Source of the DNA: a virus
Virus genome (UHGV): UHGV-0248979
Length of the DNA: 64,000 nt
Direction: 5' to 3' (one strand)
Positions 29,256 through 38,118 of this stretch are shown piece by piece. Positions within the stretch are counted from its first letter, which is position 1, and each line of letters starts with the position of its first letter. The translations under genes were made by a program, and so were the position numbers. The notes under the pieces are model-generated. The model was not told the DNA's origin, ran no database searches, and worked only from the letters and a program-made list of their open reading frames with translations.

Positions 29256-31427
29256 GTGGACGCTAGAACAGCTAACGACTCAAGCTGGGTCAAAAGCCTC
29301 TTTAACGGCGTGTTGGATGGCCGAGATGAACGTTTCCTGGCCTTGCGACGCTACTCCAACGGCATGTTATCGTTCGAGGACACCACGTTAGGTGGCAGTA
29401 AAGCGATTAACACGCCGCCCCAATTTACATGGTTTGCAGATCCGCCGTCGACTGGCGCATTTGCACAACCTGACAACCCGAGAGCCGAAACCAAATCATT
29501 CTCTAATAACCGAGAAACGGGTTCGTATAAACTCGGTACCTATTTCTACGAAAGTATTAATCAGAATTCGTTTTATGTTCATTGTCGGTTTGGTAAACCG
29601 AAATATCTGGGTATGGCCGCGTTCTTTGCGAACATGTACGACTCCAACCTAGCGTACTTGGCCCGTACTGGGGACTATCCAGGTATGATGAGAACGATGG
29701 TTTCGTATTTAGGTGCAGCGGCAATATGGGCCACTGTAGGTACCGTTGCTTTTGCGGTAATTCTTATTACGCCGCGAATTCTAAAAGCGGTATTGAATAA
29801 ACAAACTTCACGTTACTATTACGTTAAGCCAACGATGCATTTGTATTTACGTGCCGTGCAAAACATTCTAAACACGCAACTCATTTATCGTCGTTTGGTT
29901 CCCACAGGCGTGCTCGGTAATTTCAAACTACAAGAAAATACCGATGATGGTACAAATTCATACAGCAATGATAAACAAGACTGGTATGCTTCGTTACCTA
30001 CTATCTGGAAAGATAACGGGGAGTTTGACGTCTACCGAATGATAAACCGCTATCAAACTTTAGCGAATTATCAGACCAAAGCCATAGAGCAAATGCGCGT
30101 TGAAAGCGGTGGGGACGAAGAAGCATTTGCAAGAAAACTACGTGCGTTTTATAACGAAGGGATGTACTCCAAACGCGTTATTAATGATGCGGGTAGTTTC
30201 GAAGTTTCATTGCATGACTTAGAAACGGTTGCTCAAAAAGACAACGCTTATAAAGCGCCTTTTGAAAATATTAACGATCAAGAGTCTAAGTTGGTTGAAG
30301 GGATCACTGGCACACTAACCGCTGGCGGTACCGCAGATGAAATCGATGCGAACACAAAGAAACTTCGAGAATCGATGGCAGCAAACATGGCTGCGGCGGA
30401 AAAAGCTGAAAATGAAATCGGTGGTGAGGATGTCCCCGATATAGCTAAGATACAAGAATGGGCAGATGCTGGTTCTAAAGAAAACGTAGGGACCTTCTTT
30501 AAAGATTTCGTCGAAATGGGTAAAAACTATATCGATGGTATTAAGGAAAATGCGCTTTCTGAAATCCGTAACGGCTCACAATGGGTGTCGTGGCGTATCG
30601 ACGCTAAAGACACGGTTTCTCGTTCGTTCTCCAACTCTACAAAAGAGCCAGAGATTTCAGGCACCGTTAACTCGTTAACCGCGAAAGCACGTTCGTTAGA
30701 AGTCAACCTTTCCGGCGGCCAAACGGGTTTCAGCGCCGTAGATGCTTTAGTTTCCGGGATTAAGTCCGCGATGCGTGGCGTTGCCGACACCTTACATTTG
30801 ACAGGGATCATGTCGTTGTACAACTCTTCGGTAATTGACTTTCCGGAGGTGTGGGATAGTTCGGACGCATCGGGAGATGACATTACGTTAACGATACCGT
30901 TACGTTGTTGGTCTGGCAACGACTTGGATATCTTCCAAGACCTGCTCGTGCCGCTGTCATTCTGGATCGCTGCGGTCTGTCCTCTGGCTACAGGTAAACA
31001 ATCCTTTACTCACCCGTTCTACTTAGAGTGTTACTCACAAGGACGCTTTTCTTTCCGTAACGCGATGGTGACGTCGATGTCGTTACAGTTCGGTGTGGGT
31101 GGTTTAGGTTGGCGGCCAGGTGATTCCGTCCCATTGTCTTGCGACATCTCTGTTACTATTCGTGACTTGACTCGCGTTATGTACATGCCCATTGTTACCG
31201 ACACAGGTGTGTGGGATGATGATAACAAATTCAGTGAATTTATGGCGTGTTTAGGTGGTGCTACGTTGTACGAGCGTACTAACGGTATTGCACGTGCCAA
31301 GATTAATGCGAGCATCTGGGCACAAAACTGGGCATCTGCGTGGTCACAGGGTAGTTTTATTAACTCGGCACTGGATGTTATCCCAGCCCGTCAGATCGCG
31401 AACATCTTCTTGCCGCAAGCACGTTAA
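29256..31427 (+). CDS. hypothetical protein, 723 aa, likely virion-associated
   Basis: GTG start with AGAGG SD; co-directional with and just downstream of the giant gene. Confidence 0.55.
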   Translation: MDARTANDSSWVKSLFNGVLDGRDERFLALRRYSNGMLSFEDTTLGGSKAINTPPQFTWFADPPSTGAFAQPDNPRAETKSFSNNRETGSYKLGTYFYESINQNSFYVHCRFGKPKYLGMAAFFANMYDSNLAYLARTGDYPGMMRTMVSYLGAAAIWATVGTVAFAVILITPRILKAVLNKQTSRYYYVKPTMHLYLRAVQNILNTQLIYRRLVPTGVLGNFKLQENTDDGTNSYSNDKQDWYASLPTIWKDNGEFDVYRMINRYQTLANYQTKAIEQMRVESGGDEEAFARKLRAFYNEGMYSKRVINDAGSFEVSLHDLETVAQKDNAYKAPFENINDQESKLVEGITGTLTAGGTADEIDANTKKLRESMAANMAAAEKAENEIGGEDVPDIAKIQEWADAGSKENVGTFFKDFVEMGKNYIDGIKENALSEIRNGSQWVSWRIDAKDTVSRSFSNSTKEPEISGTVNSLTAKARSLEVNLSGGQTGFSAVDALVSGIKSAMRGVADTLHLTGIMSLYNSSVIDFPEVWDSSDASGDDITLTIPLRCWSGNDLDIFQDLLVPLSFWIAAVCPLATGKQSFTHPFYLECYSQGRFSFRNAMVTSMSLQFGVGGLGWRPGDSVPLSCDISVTIRDLTRVMYMPIVTDTGVWDDDNKFSEFMACLGGATLYERTNGIARAKINASIWAQNWASAWSQGSFINSALDVIPARQIANIFLPQAR

Positions 31428-31443
31428 TGTTTGAGAGGAAATA

Positions 31444-32007
31444 ATGGCTAATACGCTATTAGGTAAATCAGGAAAACAACTGGTTTATGAGTTATTAGTA
31501 AAAAAGAATCCAGGTTTGGTAGAGAAAGGTATTACAATCGATAAGTTGAATTTTGGCACACCGTCACATATTCCCGCGGTAGAAACACCAGAAACTCAAT
31601 TTACGCGATTAAATACCCAACTTAGCGTCCAGGGAATTATTGAACAGAAAACGTTTGGTAAAATTGACGTTATTTATCGTCGGTTGGATTTAGAGCACCT
31701 CTTAGGTGATTTTGTAGTTTCTGTTGCGGGTGTTAATGCGGCTACGGTATCTGAGGTACTACAGCTTTTTCGCACTAAGTACAATTTGCAGATTACCGAC
31801 GATGAAGTTGAGAACCCAACAGCTGCACCAGACAGCAAAGATAAAACCATCATTATCATGAATGGGAGATCTTTGGCGTGGACGGGGCGGTTGGAGGTGT
31901 ACTTGACAGAGCTACCGTCCGACGGTAAGGATATTTCGAAGTTGATTAAAGTCACCGAACTTGACGGTTTAACGTATATCTCTTCTGGGATTGTTCCTGG
32001 CGCTTAA
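31444..32007 (+). CDS. hypothetical protein, 187 aa
   Basis: ORF 16 nt after the previous gene, ends at a bidirectional terminator. Confidence 0.5.
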   Translation: MANTLLGKSGKQLVYELLVKKNPGLVEKGITIDKLNFGTPSHIPAVETPETQFTRLNTQLSVQGIIEQKTFGKIDVIYRRLDLEHLLGDFVVSVAGVNAATVSEVLQLFRTKYNLQITDDEVENPTAAPDSKDKTIIIMNGRSLAWTGRLEVYLTELPSDGKDISKLIKVTELDGLTYISSGIVPGA

Positions 32008-32034
32008 AAAAAAGAAAAAAAAATAAGAAAGTTA

Positions 32035-32058
32035 ACCTACCTCCGAAGGGAGGTAGGT
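32035..32058. terminator. bidirectional intrinsic terminator hairpin
   Basis: acctacctcc / gaag / ggaggtaggt with long A-run upstream and T-run downstream between convergent genes. Confidence 0.7.
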
Positions 32059-32066
32059 GCTTTTAT

Positions 32067-32924
32067 TTATTTCGCCAAGTCTGCTTCTTTTACAAAGATG
32101 CCGTCGGCGTTCAGGTAACCTTTACGGTCTTTGATTTCATGCCAGGCTAAAGAGAAGCAATGGCGAATATCCAATTTATAATACAAGGCGATACGAGCAA
32201 GATGGGCTAAACCCAGGCTAACGAAATCGAAACCATGATCTTTACCTTCCATAAAGGTTGTGGCAAAACTTTCAATAGCGTGAAGGTATTGTTGATGTGG
32301 GTATCCAGCGTTGTTTAAATTTTCTTCAACTTCAGCTACATCTTCCACGTCTAAGCGTAGACCAGACTCGATGCAGTCTTCTGCCACTGTAAGGTAACCA
32401 GAATTCGCATCCCCTAATTCGATGATGTTTACCAGAACCACCAACGCATCGCCGATACCATCCATGATCATTTCAGGTTTGTTTTTACTGATGCCCGCCG
32501 CAATTTCACCTAACTCTTCAAAGAACTTCGTGATTTGGGTTTCCAGTTTGCCGTTATCGAGAATCCCACGTTCTTTAGACCAACCTTTAACGAGTTTTAC
32601 ACATTTTGCGATCGTGCAAACTAGAACAGATTCTGTATGCATTACCGTACCGTTATAAACGGCATCGGTAAGCTTAATAGGCGCTACAATCGTTTCAATA
32701 TCCAGTTCTTGATTACCGGTGTGGCGTTTACCTTCTACACGAATACGGCTGGTACCAGGGTTTACACCAATTGTGTAAATAGCGTCGAACTGTACTGCAT
32801 TCTCATTCAGAGCGCGCAGTTGCGCGTTAACTTCTTCCAGGTGTTGGCCAGGATTAACCACGATGTTGTAAATAGTGTTGATGTCAAAACGTTCGCCCAT
32901 TTTAAACTCCATTAGATTAAACAA
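32067..32924 (-). CDS. MazG-like nucleotide pyrophosphohydrolase domain protein
   Basis: ...ITKFFEELGEIAAG...DGIGDALVVLVNIIE... resembles the EExxE / DxxD metal-binding helices of MazG-type all-alpha NTP pyrophosphatases. Confidence 0.45.
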   Translation of the reverse strand: MFNLMEFKMGERFDINTIYNIVVNPGQHLEEVNAQLRALNENAVQFDAIYTIGVNPGTSRIRVEGKRHTGNQELDIETIVAPIKLTDAVYNGTVMHTESVLVCTIAKCVKLVKGWSKERGILDNGKLETQITKFFEELGEIAAGISKNKPEMIMDGIGDALVVLVNIIELGDANSGYLTVAEDCIESGLRLDVEDVAEVEENLNNAGYPHQQYLHAIESFATTFMEGKDHGFDFVSLGLAHLARIALYYKLDIRHCFSLAWHEIKDRKGYLNADGIFVKEADLAK

Positions 32925-32940
32925 AAAAGAATAAGGATTA

Positions 32941-32962
32941 GGGGTGCTACATAAGCACCCCG
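32941..32962 (-). terminator. intrinsic terminator hairpin
   Basis: ggggtgct / acataa / agcacccc; T-run follows on minus strand. Confidence 0.5.
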
Positions 32963-32969
32963 TGAACTG

Positions 32970-33113
32970 TTAAATTTTGCAAGCCCCGCCTGAGCAGTTA
33001 TCGTCTTCCGTAGTTGGGTCAGCACCCTTCTCTACGGTTGCTTCTGGGTCTAAGCCAGGGATTGCAAATTCGTCAGTTTCTTTAACGGTTTCTACTTTAA
33101 CTTCTTCAGTCAT
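32970..33113 (-). CDS. small acidic peptide, 47 aa (below the ORF-track cutoff)
   Basis: Hand-translated: MTEEVKVETVKETDEFAIPGLDPEATVEKGADPTTEDDNCSGGACKI; terminator hairpin immediately downstream; weak SD. Confidence 0.3.
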   Translation of the reverse strand: MTEEVKVETVKETDEFAIPGLDPEATVEKGADPTTEDDNCSGGACKI

Positions 33114-33155
33114 TTTAGTTCCCAAATTTCTTACAAAGGTGTTAGCAGTTTTGAT

Positions 33156-33338
33156 TTAACGATGGCGAATGTGAGACAGAAGCAGGCCCATCCGTAATGG
33201 AACTGTCGCTGTCATTGCCTTTTTATACTGCACAGTGCGTACTTTCGATTTACCAGGTCCCTTACGTACGCGGTTGTAGCCAATAAAATATAGAGTACCT
33301 GTAAAGAATCTGAGGTTATGAAAATATGGCTTCTTCAT
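33156..33338 (-). CDS. small basic protein, 60 aa
   Basis: Strong SD (GAAGGAGGAACA-ATG); start overlaps stop of upstream small ORF (ATGA). Confidence 0.45.
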   Translation of the reverse strand: MKKPYFHNLRFFTGTLYFIGYNRVRKGPGKSKVRTVQYKKAMTATVPLRMGLLLSHIRHR

Positions 33339-33508
33339 TGTTCCTCCTTCTCGAATGGGTTAGCTTCAAGGAACTTGGAATAAGAAAATTGAATTACTTG
33401 GAAACGTTTACGTCCTTTACGTGGCCCTTTGCACCAACGTGTAACAATGGTACGGAACTTCTTCGGCTCGAAATACGTTATCGTGAAATTAAGAACATCG
33501 TCCAACAT
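33335..33508 (-). CDS. small basic protein, 57 aa (below the ORF-track cutoff)
   Basis: Hand-translated MLDDVLNFTITYFEPKKFRTIVTRWCKGPRKGRKRF...; stop overlaps next start. Confidence 0.3.
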   Translation of the reverse strand: MLDDVLNFTITYFEPKKFRTIVTRWCKGPRKGRKRFQVIQFSYSKFLEANPFEKEEQ

Positions 33509-33529
33509 ATCAATTCCCCACAGGTTACC

Positions 33530-33919
33530 TTAATCGGTGTGGATAGTGAGATAATTGCTTTCAAAATCGAAGGTTTCGATTAGTTTTTGCAATTCTTCCA
33601 ACGCGCGCTGTTTCCATTCATCGCGTGGAATGAGCTGATCCAATTCTTCAATATATTGTTTAAAAGCGGTGAGTTGTTCTTTATTGATTGCGAACTCACT
33701 GCTACCGCATACCGTCGTTATATTGAATTCGGATTTAAGTTTGTTAAACGCGTTCCAACAAAACGACAGCCTTTCTGTCCACACCAACTCACCCTGATCA
33801 GATATTTCGCCGTGTATGTCGTCAACATGATCGACAAATTGTTGGTTGTCCCAAGCCTGACGCACGGATTCTTTTACAGCGGATTTTGAGTATGAATAAA
33901 CGTAGATATCGATTGACAT
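33530..33919 (-). CDS. hypothetical protein, 129 aa
   Basis: ORF with GGGAG upstream. Confidence 0.5.
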   Translation of the reverse strand: MSIDIYVYSYSKSAVKESVRQAWDNQQFVDHVDDIHGEISDQGELVWTERLSFCWNAFNKLKSEFNITTVCGSSEFAINKEQLTAFKQYIEELDQLIPRDEWKQRALEELQKLIETFDFESNYLTIHTD

Positions 33920-33947
33920 AATGAATTTACTCCCTGAGTTAATTTAA

Positions 33948-34118
33948 TCAGTAAGGTCGGATTATAACCTTTTCGAAGTATTTATAAATAAATACCTTCT
34001 TGTTTTGATGTTTTCTTGGACCTTTCTTGATACGAGAGATCAAAATACGATCGATGTAACATTCTTTTATAACACGTCTTCTAGGAATGTAACAGGGAAC
34101 CGCCTCTAATTCTTCCAT
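33948..34118 (-). CDS. possible small basic protein, 56 aa, in an otherwise 216-bp gap
   Basis: Hand-translated MEELEAVPCYIPRRRVIKECYIDRILISRIKKGPRKHQNKK...; weak SD. Confidence 0.2.
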   Translation of the reverse strand: MEELEAVPCYIPRRRVIKECYIDRILISRIKKGPRKHQNKKVFIYKYFEKVIIRPY

Positions 34119-34135
34119 AGAACTAACCCCACTGA

Positions 34136-34582
34136 TTAACCCATTAAATGTATTACGACGTCTTTAGTTACTGAGTTTGCTAGTAAGCGGAAAAACTTCA
34201 TGTAACGGAAAATGCTAAAGAAAACCCCAGCGTCGTCTACAATAACAAGGCTGTATTTTTCTTTTTCTGTACCCATCTGATAACCGATGATTTGTGTGAT
34301 ATTCTCCGGTAAGTCTTCGAGACCCAAACGGAATAGCACATCGTCCTCTAAGAACCCTTTTGGATTAACGAATAATACCTTCCCTTTATGGTTCTTAGCT
34401 AACTCGACACCGAAGTCTGTAAGTCCTGTCTGCCTGCCCGTACCGTAACGAATAGTTCGAAATTCAGATAAGGCTTTGGGACCATAACGATCGGTAAACG
34501 GATTATCTTTGGAATCCAGATCAGTTAAACCTTTTGATAATTCTTCTACTACGATGTTATAGTTAACATGAGTTTTAGACAT
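34136..34582 (-). CDS. hypothetical protein, 148 aa
   Basis: ORF in operon. Confidence 0.5.
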   Translation of the reverse strand: MSKTHVNYNIVVEELSKGLTDLDSKDNPFTDRYGPKALSEFRTIRYGTGRQTGLTDFGVELAKNHKGKVLFVNPKGFLEDDVLFRLGLEDLPENITQIIGYQMGTEKEKYSLVIVDDAGVFFSIFRYMKFFRLLANSVTKDVVIHLMG

Positions 34583-34639
34583 TTCAATGTTCCTTTTAGT
34601 TTCGAGGTGGTTCAGATATAGATTGCATGTGAAACAACT

Positions 34640-34936
34640 TTACTGAAAATCACGTTTAGCCTTGCTAATGATTTGAGATATTCGGCTTGGCGTCACCCCG
34701 TGTATTTCGGCCAATTTCTTGTTACTTAGGCCACCCAATTTACCAACAAGAATGTTTAATAGACGCAAGTCTTTTAACGTTGCCGAAATCTTTTCTAAGA
34801 TCTCGATATCGTCTTGATCAAACTTACCTTTGGTCTGCAAAGCTATCCCAGCACGCTCGGTAATAGTTTTTAGCTCAGCTAATCGACTAATGCCGAAAGA
34901 AGTTAACTCCACGTACGATTTCTCATTAATCATCAT
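34640..34936 (-). CDS. small HTH protein resembling sigma-70 region 4
   Basis: C-terminal ...LSNKKLAEIHGVTPSRISQIISKAKRDFQ resembles sigma region 4.2 / LuxR-type HTH. Confidence 0.45.
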   Translation of the reverse strand: MMINEKSYVELTSFGISRLAELKTITERAGIALQTKGKFDQDDIEILEKISATLKDLRLLNILVGKLGGLSNKKLAEIHGVTPSRISQIISKAKRDFQ

Positions 34937-34943
34937 GTACCCC

Positions 34944-35978
34944 TTAGACAGCTATGGGAGCTTTAATTGTGTCGTGTGATTGATACCCAACCAATTCGAA
35001 GTCTTCGTATTTGTAATCGAAGATAGAATCAGGTTTACGTTTGATAACCAGTTTAGGTAGCGGGTAAGGTTCGCGAGTAAGTTGAAGTTTTGCCTGCTCC
35101 AGATGGTTAGAGTAAAGATGAACGTCTACACCACTATAAACCAACTCGTCTGGAACCATATTCAACTGCTGTGCAATCATGTGGGTTAGCAACGCGTACG
35201 AAGCGACGTTAAACGGCGCGCCAAGTAGGTAATCGTTGCTCCGCATCATGTAAAAACATGAAAGCTTACGGCGTGGAATACCTTCACGATCTAAAGTTTC
35301 ATGAAGACGTTCTTCATCATCAATATCTTCGTGATTAATAAGCGGTGCGCTCGCAAATTTTTCCGGCTCGTTTATTTCGTACCAATCCAGTCGCTCAAGC
35401 AGTGTCATTTCTGTAGTGTAGAATTGGAAATAGTTGTGGCATGGGTTAAGTGCCATATCGTCCAGGTCACCTACATTCCAGGCACTAACAATAATACGAC
35501 GGGAGTCAGGGTCTTCACGAAGTTGTTGGATAACTTTACTGATCTGGTCATGTGCTTTCTCATAGACCAAATACGTCGTACCATCTTCCTTCATATTCCC
35601 AATATACTTGTAACCCCGCTGCATTAGTTGTTGTGTACGTCTTACGTCATGACACTCCACAACTTTACAGTCACGCCATTCGCGCCACTGTTTACCATAA
35701 ACTGGTCCTAAGTTCCCCTCCTCGTCACTCCATTCGTTCCAAATTTTTACCCCGTTCTCTTGCAGGTACTTCACGTTAGTGTCACCATTTAAGAACCACA
35801 GCAGTTCATGAATGATACTTTTCAGGTGAACCTTTTTCGTAGTAACTAATGGGAAACCTTCTTTTAGGTCGAAACGTAGTTGGCGACCAAATACAGAAAG
35901 TGTCCCTACGCCTGTACGGTCTTTCTTGACAACACCGTTATCTAGAATGTCTTGCATTAACGCTAAATACTGTTTCAT
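34944..35978 (-). CDS. thyA: thymidylate synthase (ThyA) with two insertions
   Basis: [15 protein letters not shown]...[12 protein letters not shown]...GPVYGKQWR...[14 protein letters not shown]...[10 protein letters not shown]...HLYSNH... nearly colinear with E. coli ThyA, including the catalytic Cys. Confidence 0.9.
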   Translation of the reverse strand: MKQYLALMQDILDNGVVKKDRTGVGTLSVFGRQLRFDLKEGFPLVTTKKVHLKSIIHELLWFLNGDTNVKYLQENGVKIWNEWSDEEGNLGPVYGKQWREWRDCKVVECHDVRRTQQLMQRGYKYIGNMKEDGTTYLVYEKAHDQISKVIQQLREDPDSRRIIVSAWNVGDLDDMALNPCHNYFQFYTTEMTLLERLDWYEINEPEKFASAPLINHEDIDDEERLHETLDREGIPRRKLSCFYMMRSNDYLLGAPFNVASYALLTHMIAQQLNMVPDELVYSGVDVHLYSNHLEQAKLQLTREPYPLPKLVIKRKPDSIFDYKYEDFELVGYQSHDTIKAPIAV

Positions 35979-36292
35979 TTGTTATTCTCCATACGTTTCG
36001 TTAAAATGTCTAAATTACGTTGCGCTTGCTCAGGACTAAAAATAATGTTTTCCTGGCTATACGTTACATGGAAATGTTTTTTGTTAACAATCTCAACCTT
36101 AAGGCCACGAACTTCGAATTGCCGTTTAGCCTCTTCAACCTTTTTTGGTGAGATTCTAAGAAGACCTGGAAATAGTTCGTCTGCAGGAACGTAGTATTTG
36201 ATTTCCTTAGTTTCGGGAATTAATTCGATCCTATCTAAACTGACGCTTATGATTTCGTCAATCTTTTTCTTTATATTGTCGTTCACAGTCAT
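35975..36292 (-). CDS. hypothetical protein, 105 aa
   Basis: ORF overlapping thyA start by 4 nt. Confidence 0.45.
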   Translation of the reverse strand: MTVNDNIKKKIDEIISVSLDRIELIPETKEIKYYVPADELFPGLLRISPKKVEEAKRQFEVRGLKVEIVNKKHFHVTYSQENIIFSPEQAQRNLDILTKRMENNK

Positions 36293-36600
36293 CAGATTTT
36301 GTCCTTTTCGAGTTCAGTTAAAATTTCAAACAGGTCTGCGTTGGACTGCAGTACGATTTCACTGCCTTCTGCTACAACAGTAATTAAAGGCTTCTTACCA
36401 CGTAGCAAGAACTCCCAACGCATTGTTCTTACGTGGCTGTCGAGTAACTGTTTTAATTTGTGGTTAACTTCAACTTCCAATTTGCCCAGTAACTGTGGTG
36501 TAATGCTTTCACCTGAGTTTTTGTTATAAAGTGTACGCACTAAAGAACGTAAAGAATAGCCAATGCACTGCGAAATTGCCCAACCCGAATAGTTTTCCAT
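36292..36600 (-). CDS. hypothetical protein, 102 aa
   Basis: ORF overlapping the next gene by 1 nt. Confidence 0.45.
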   Translation of the reverse strand: MENYSGWAISQCIGYSLRSLVRTLYNKNSGESITPQLLGKLEVEVNHKLKQLLDSHVRTMRWEFLLRGKKPLITVVAEGSEIVLQSNADLFEILTELEKDKI

Positions 36601-36601
36601 G

Positions 36602-37147
36602 TTAATCCTTCAAAATGTCTTTAAGTTTTAGTTTTGTATAGAACGGAGAACTACTTAGTTCTTCTGTCCAACTTATACGTCCGTTCTGTAGAACCCGGTC
36701 GAAGATTAGGCCGTTCATCTTTATAATTCTGGCCAATTGATAAAAGAGCGTCGCGAGATGTAGACGTCGCTCCATTTGTGCGCGAGCGGTACAACTTCGT
36801 ACCGCTTTGATAGCAAGTACCGCTTCTGGCATCAACGTAACCGCGATTGACTCAGAATGTTCGTTTTTCCATTTCTTAATGGCTAGTAGTCGGTGTAGTG
36901 ATTTTTCAAGGGGACGTAAATCCCCGTTATTCATCACGTAAACTAGAGCAGCAATATCCCACAAGGCGTTACCCACCGCTTTAGCAACAAACAACCCGTC
37001 GTGTGATGTCGTGGATTCACAGACTTTGCCAATACTTCCATAAACACGTGCAGTCCATGCGTCTGTCTGTTCGCCGGGTTTTATACCCGCGTTATCCAGA
37101 AAGTGTTTAAACGCATTAACGTGATCAGTTAACTGTATTTGTTTCAT
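36602..37147 (-). CDS. hypothetical protein, 181 aa
   Basis: ORF in operon. Confidence 0.5.
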   Translation of the reverse strand: MKQIQLTDHVNAFKHFLDNAGIKPGEQTDAWTARVYGSIGKVCESTTSHDGLFVAKAVGNALWDIAALVYVMNNGDLRPLEKSLHRLLAIKKWKNEHSESIAVTLMPEAVLAIKAVRSCTARAQMERRLHLATLFYQLARIIKMNGLIFDRVLQNGRISWTEELSSSPFYTKLKLKDILKD

Positions 37148-37161
37148 TTCCGATACCCGAT

Positions 37162-37626
37162 TTAGTCACGAGACTTTATTTTAAGGTACGCAACCGCAGC
37201 TCCCACGATTGCAATACCGGCGCCCCAACCTATCTTTTCTATTACACTCATATCGTCCCATCTTTTCTCTTCGTTACGTCGTTTGGCCTCGTCTGCCCGT
37301 TCTCTCCACATCGCTTCGCGTTCCAGACAGCTGGGATTTATTTCCTCTTCACAACGACGTTTCCGCTCTTCTTCCCTAACCAGTTCTTCTAAATAGAGCC
37401 TCGTTTCTTCCACAGCTTGTTCATAGACGTCTATGCGTTCGGGAAGAATTCTCCTGTGAGCGGCTTTGTTGCGAACGGAAGCAATCATGTGGAGTTTCCG
37501 TTCGTATTTTGGTTCGAGAAGATGAGCTATGCTTTTGGTCTTCCCATGAAGCCCATGACCGGTACCGCCGAGTTTTTCCACAAGTTCTTCTACAGAAATT
37601 GCAAGATCGAGAATATATCCACGCAT
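37162..37626 (-). CDS. HEPN-like protein with C-terminal transmembrane anchor
   Basis: Start moved to internal ATG with GGAGAAA SD (track start is TTG); ...HMIASVRNKAAHRR... fits the Rx4H HEPN motif; C-terminus IGWGAGIAIVGAAVAYLKI is hydrophobic. Confidence 0.4.
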   Translation of the reverse strand: MRGYILDLAISVEELVEKLGGTGHGLHGKTKSIAHLLEPKYERKLHMIASVRNKAAHRRILPERIDVYEQAVEETRLYLEELVREEERKRRCEEEINPSCLEREAMWRERADEAKRRNEEKRWDDMSVIEKIGWGAGIAIVGAAVAYLKIKSRD

Positions 37627-37686
37627 AATTGTTTCTCCGCTTAAACGCAGTCTTGGGAGACATAAGTCTGTTCCCAACTGTAAAAA

Positions 37687-38055
37687 TCATTTCAACAAAA
37701 CAAGATGAATTTGGTATTCGTCATCAGCAGGAGAAGAATAATCGCCAGCTTCAGGTAACGTTATATCTCCCAGTAGAGCGTGGAAGGGTAATCCACGAGC
37801 AGCCTCAACTATTCGTACAAGCGGAAAACCTGTTCTTTTAATCCAATTGTAATCAACAAACATAACACCACCAGGACTTCCCGAACCTTCCCACACACGA
37901 ATTTCCACAGTCTTTCCCGAAAAGTTGGCAAGTACGGTGCGTAGTCCTAATCGCACATAACTGGGAAAGGGTACTTCAATAACTTGTTTTGGTAAAACAA
38001 ATTCAGGGAATTTAAAACCGAAACCTTTGGGTGTACTAAAAAACTGAGCTTGCAT
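37687..38055 (-). CDS. hypothetical protein, 122 aa
   Basis: ORF preceded by CCCTAAAGGAG. Confidence 0.5.
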   Translation of the reverse strand: MQAQFFSTPKGFGFKFPEFVLPKQVIEVPFPSYVRLGLRTVLANFSGKTVEIRVWEGSGSPGGVMFVDYNWIKRTGFPLVRIVEAARGLPFHALLGDITLPEAGDYSSPADDEYQIHLVLLK

Positions 38056-38087
38056 GATAATTCTCCTTTAGGGTAAAAAATGAAAAT

Positions 38088-38113
38088 ACCCTACTCCTGT
38101 CTAGGAGTAGGGT
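38088..38113 (-). terminator. intrinsic terminator hairpin
   Basis: accctactcct / gtcta / ggagtagggt; T-run follows on minus strand. Confidence 0.55.
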
Positions 38114-38118
38114 AGGTA

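Noticed and set aside
32977-33159. 60-aa plus-strand ORF in the supplied track
   Set aside because: It lies antisense to a minus-strand small ORF (32970-33113) that fits the local gene orientation and is followed by a terminator; the plus ORF has no SD and looks like a shadow frame.
36602-37147. Possible nucleotidyltransferase partner for the adjacent HEPN-like protein (G-S-x10-H-D-G segment)
   Set aside because: The segment has a single Asp rather than the D-x-D/E pair required for a Pol-beta-type nucleotidyltransferase; insufficient to call.
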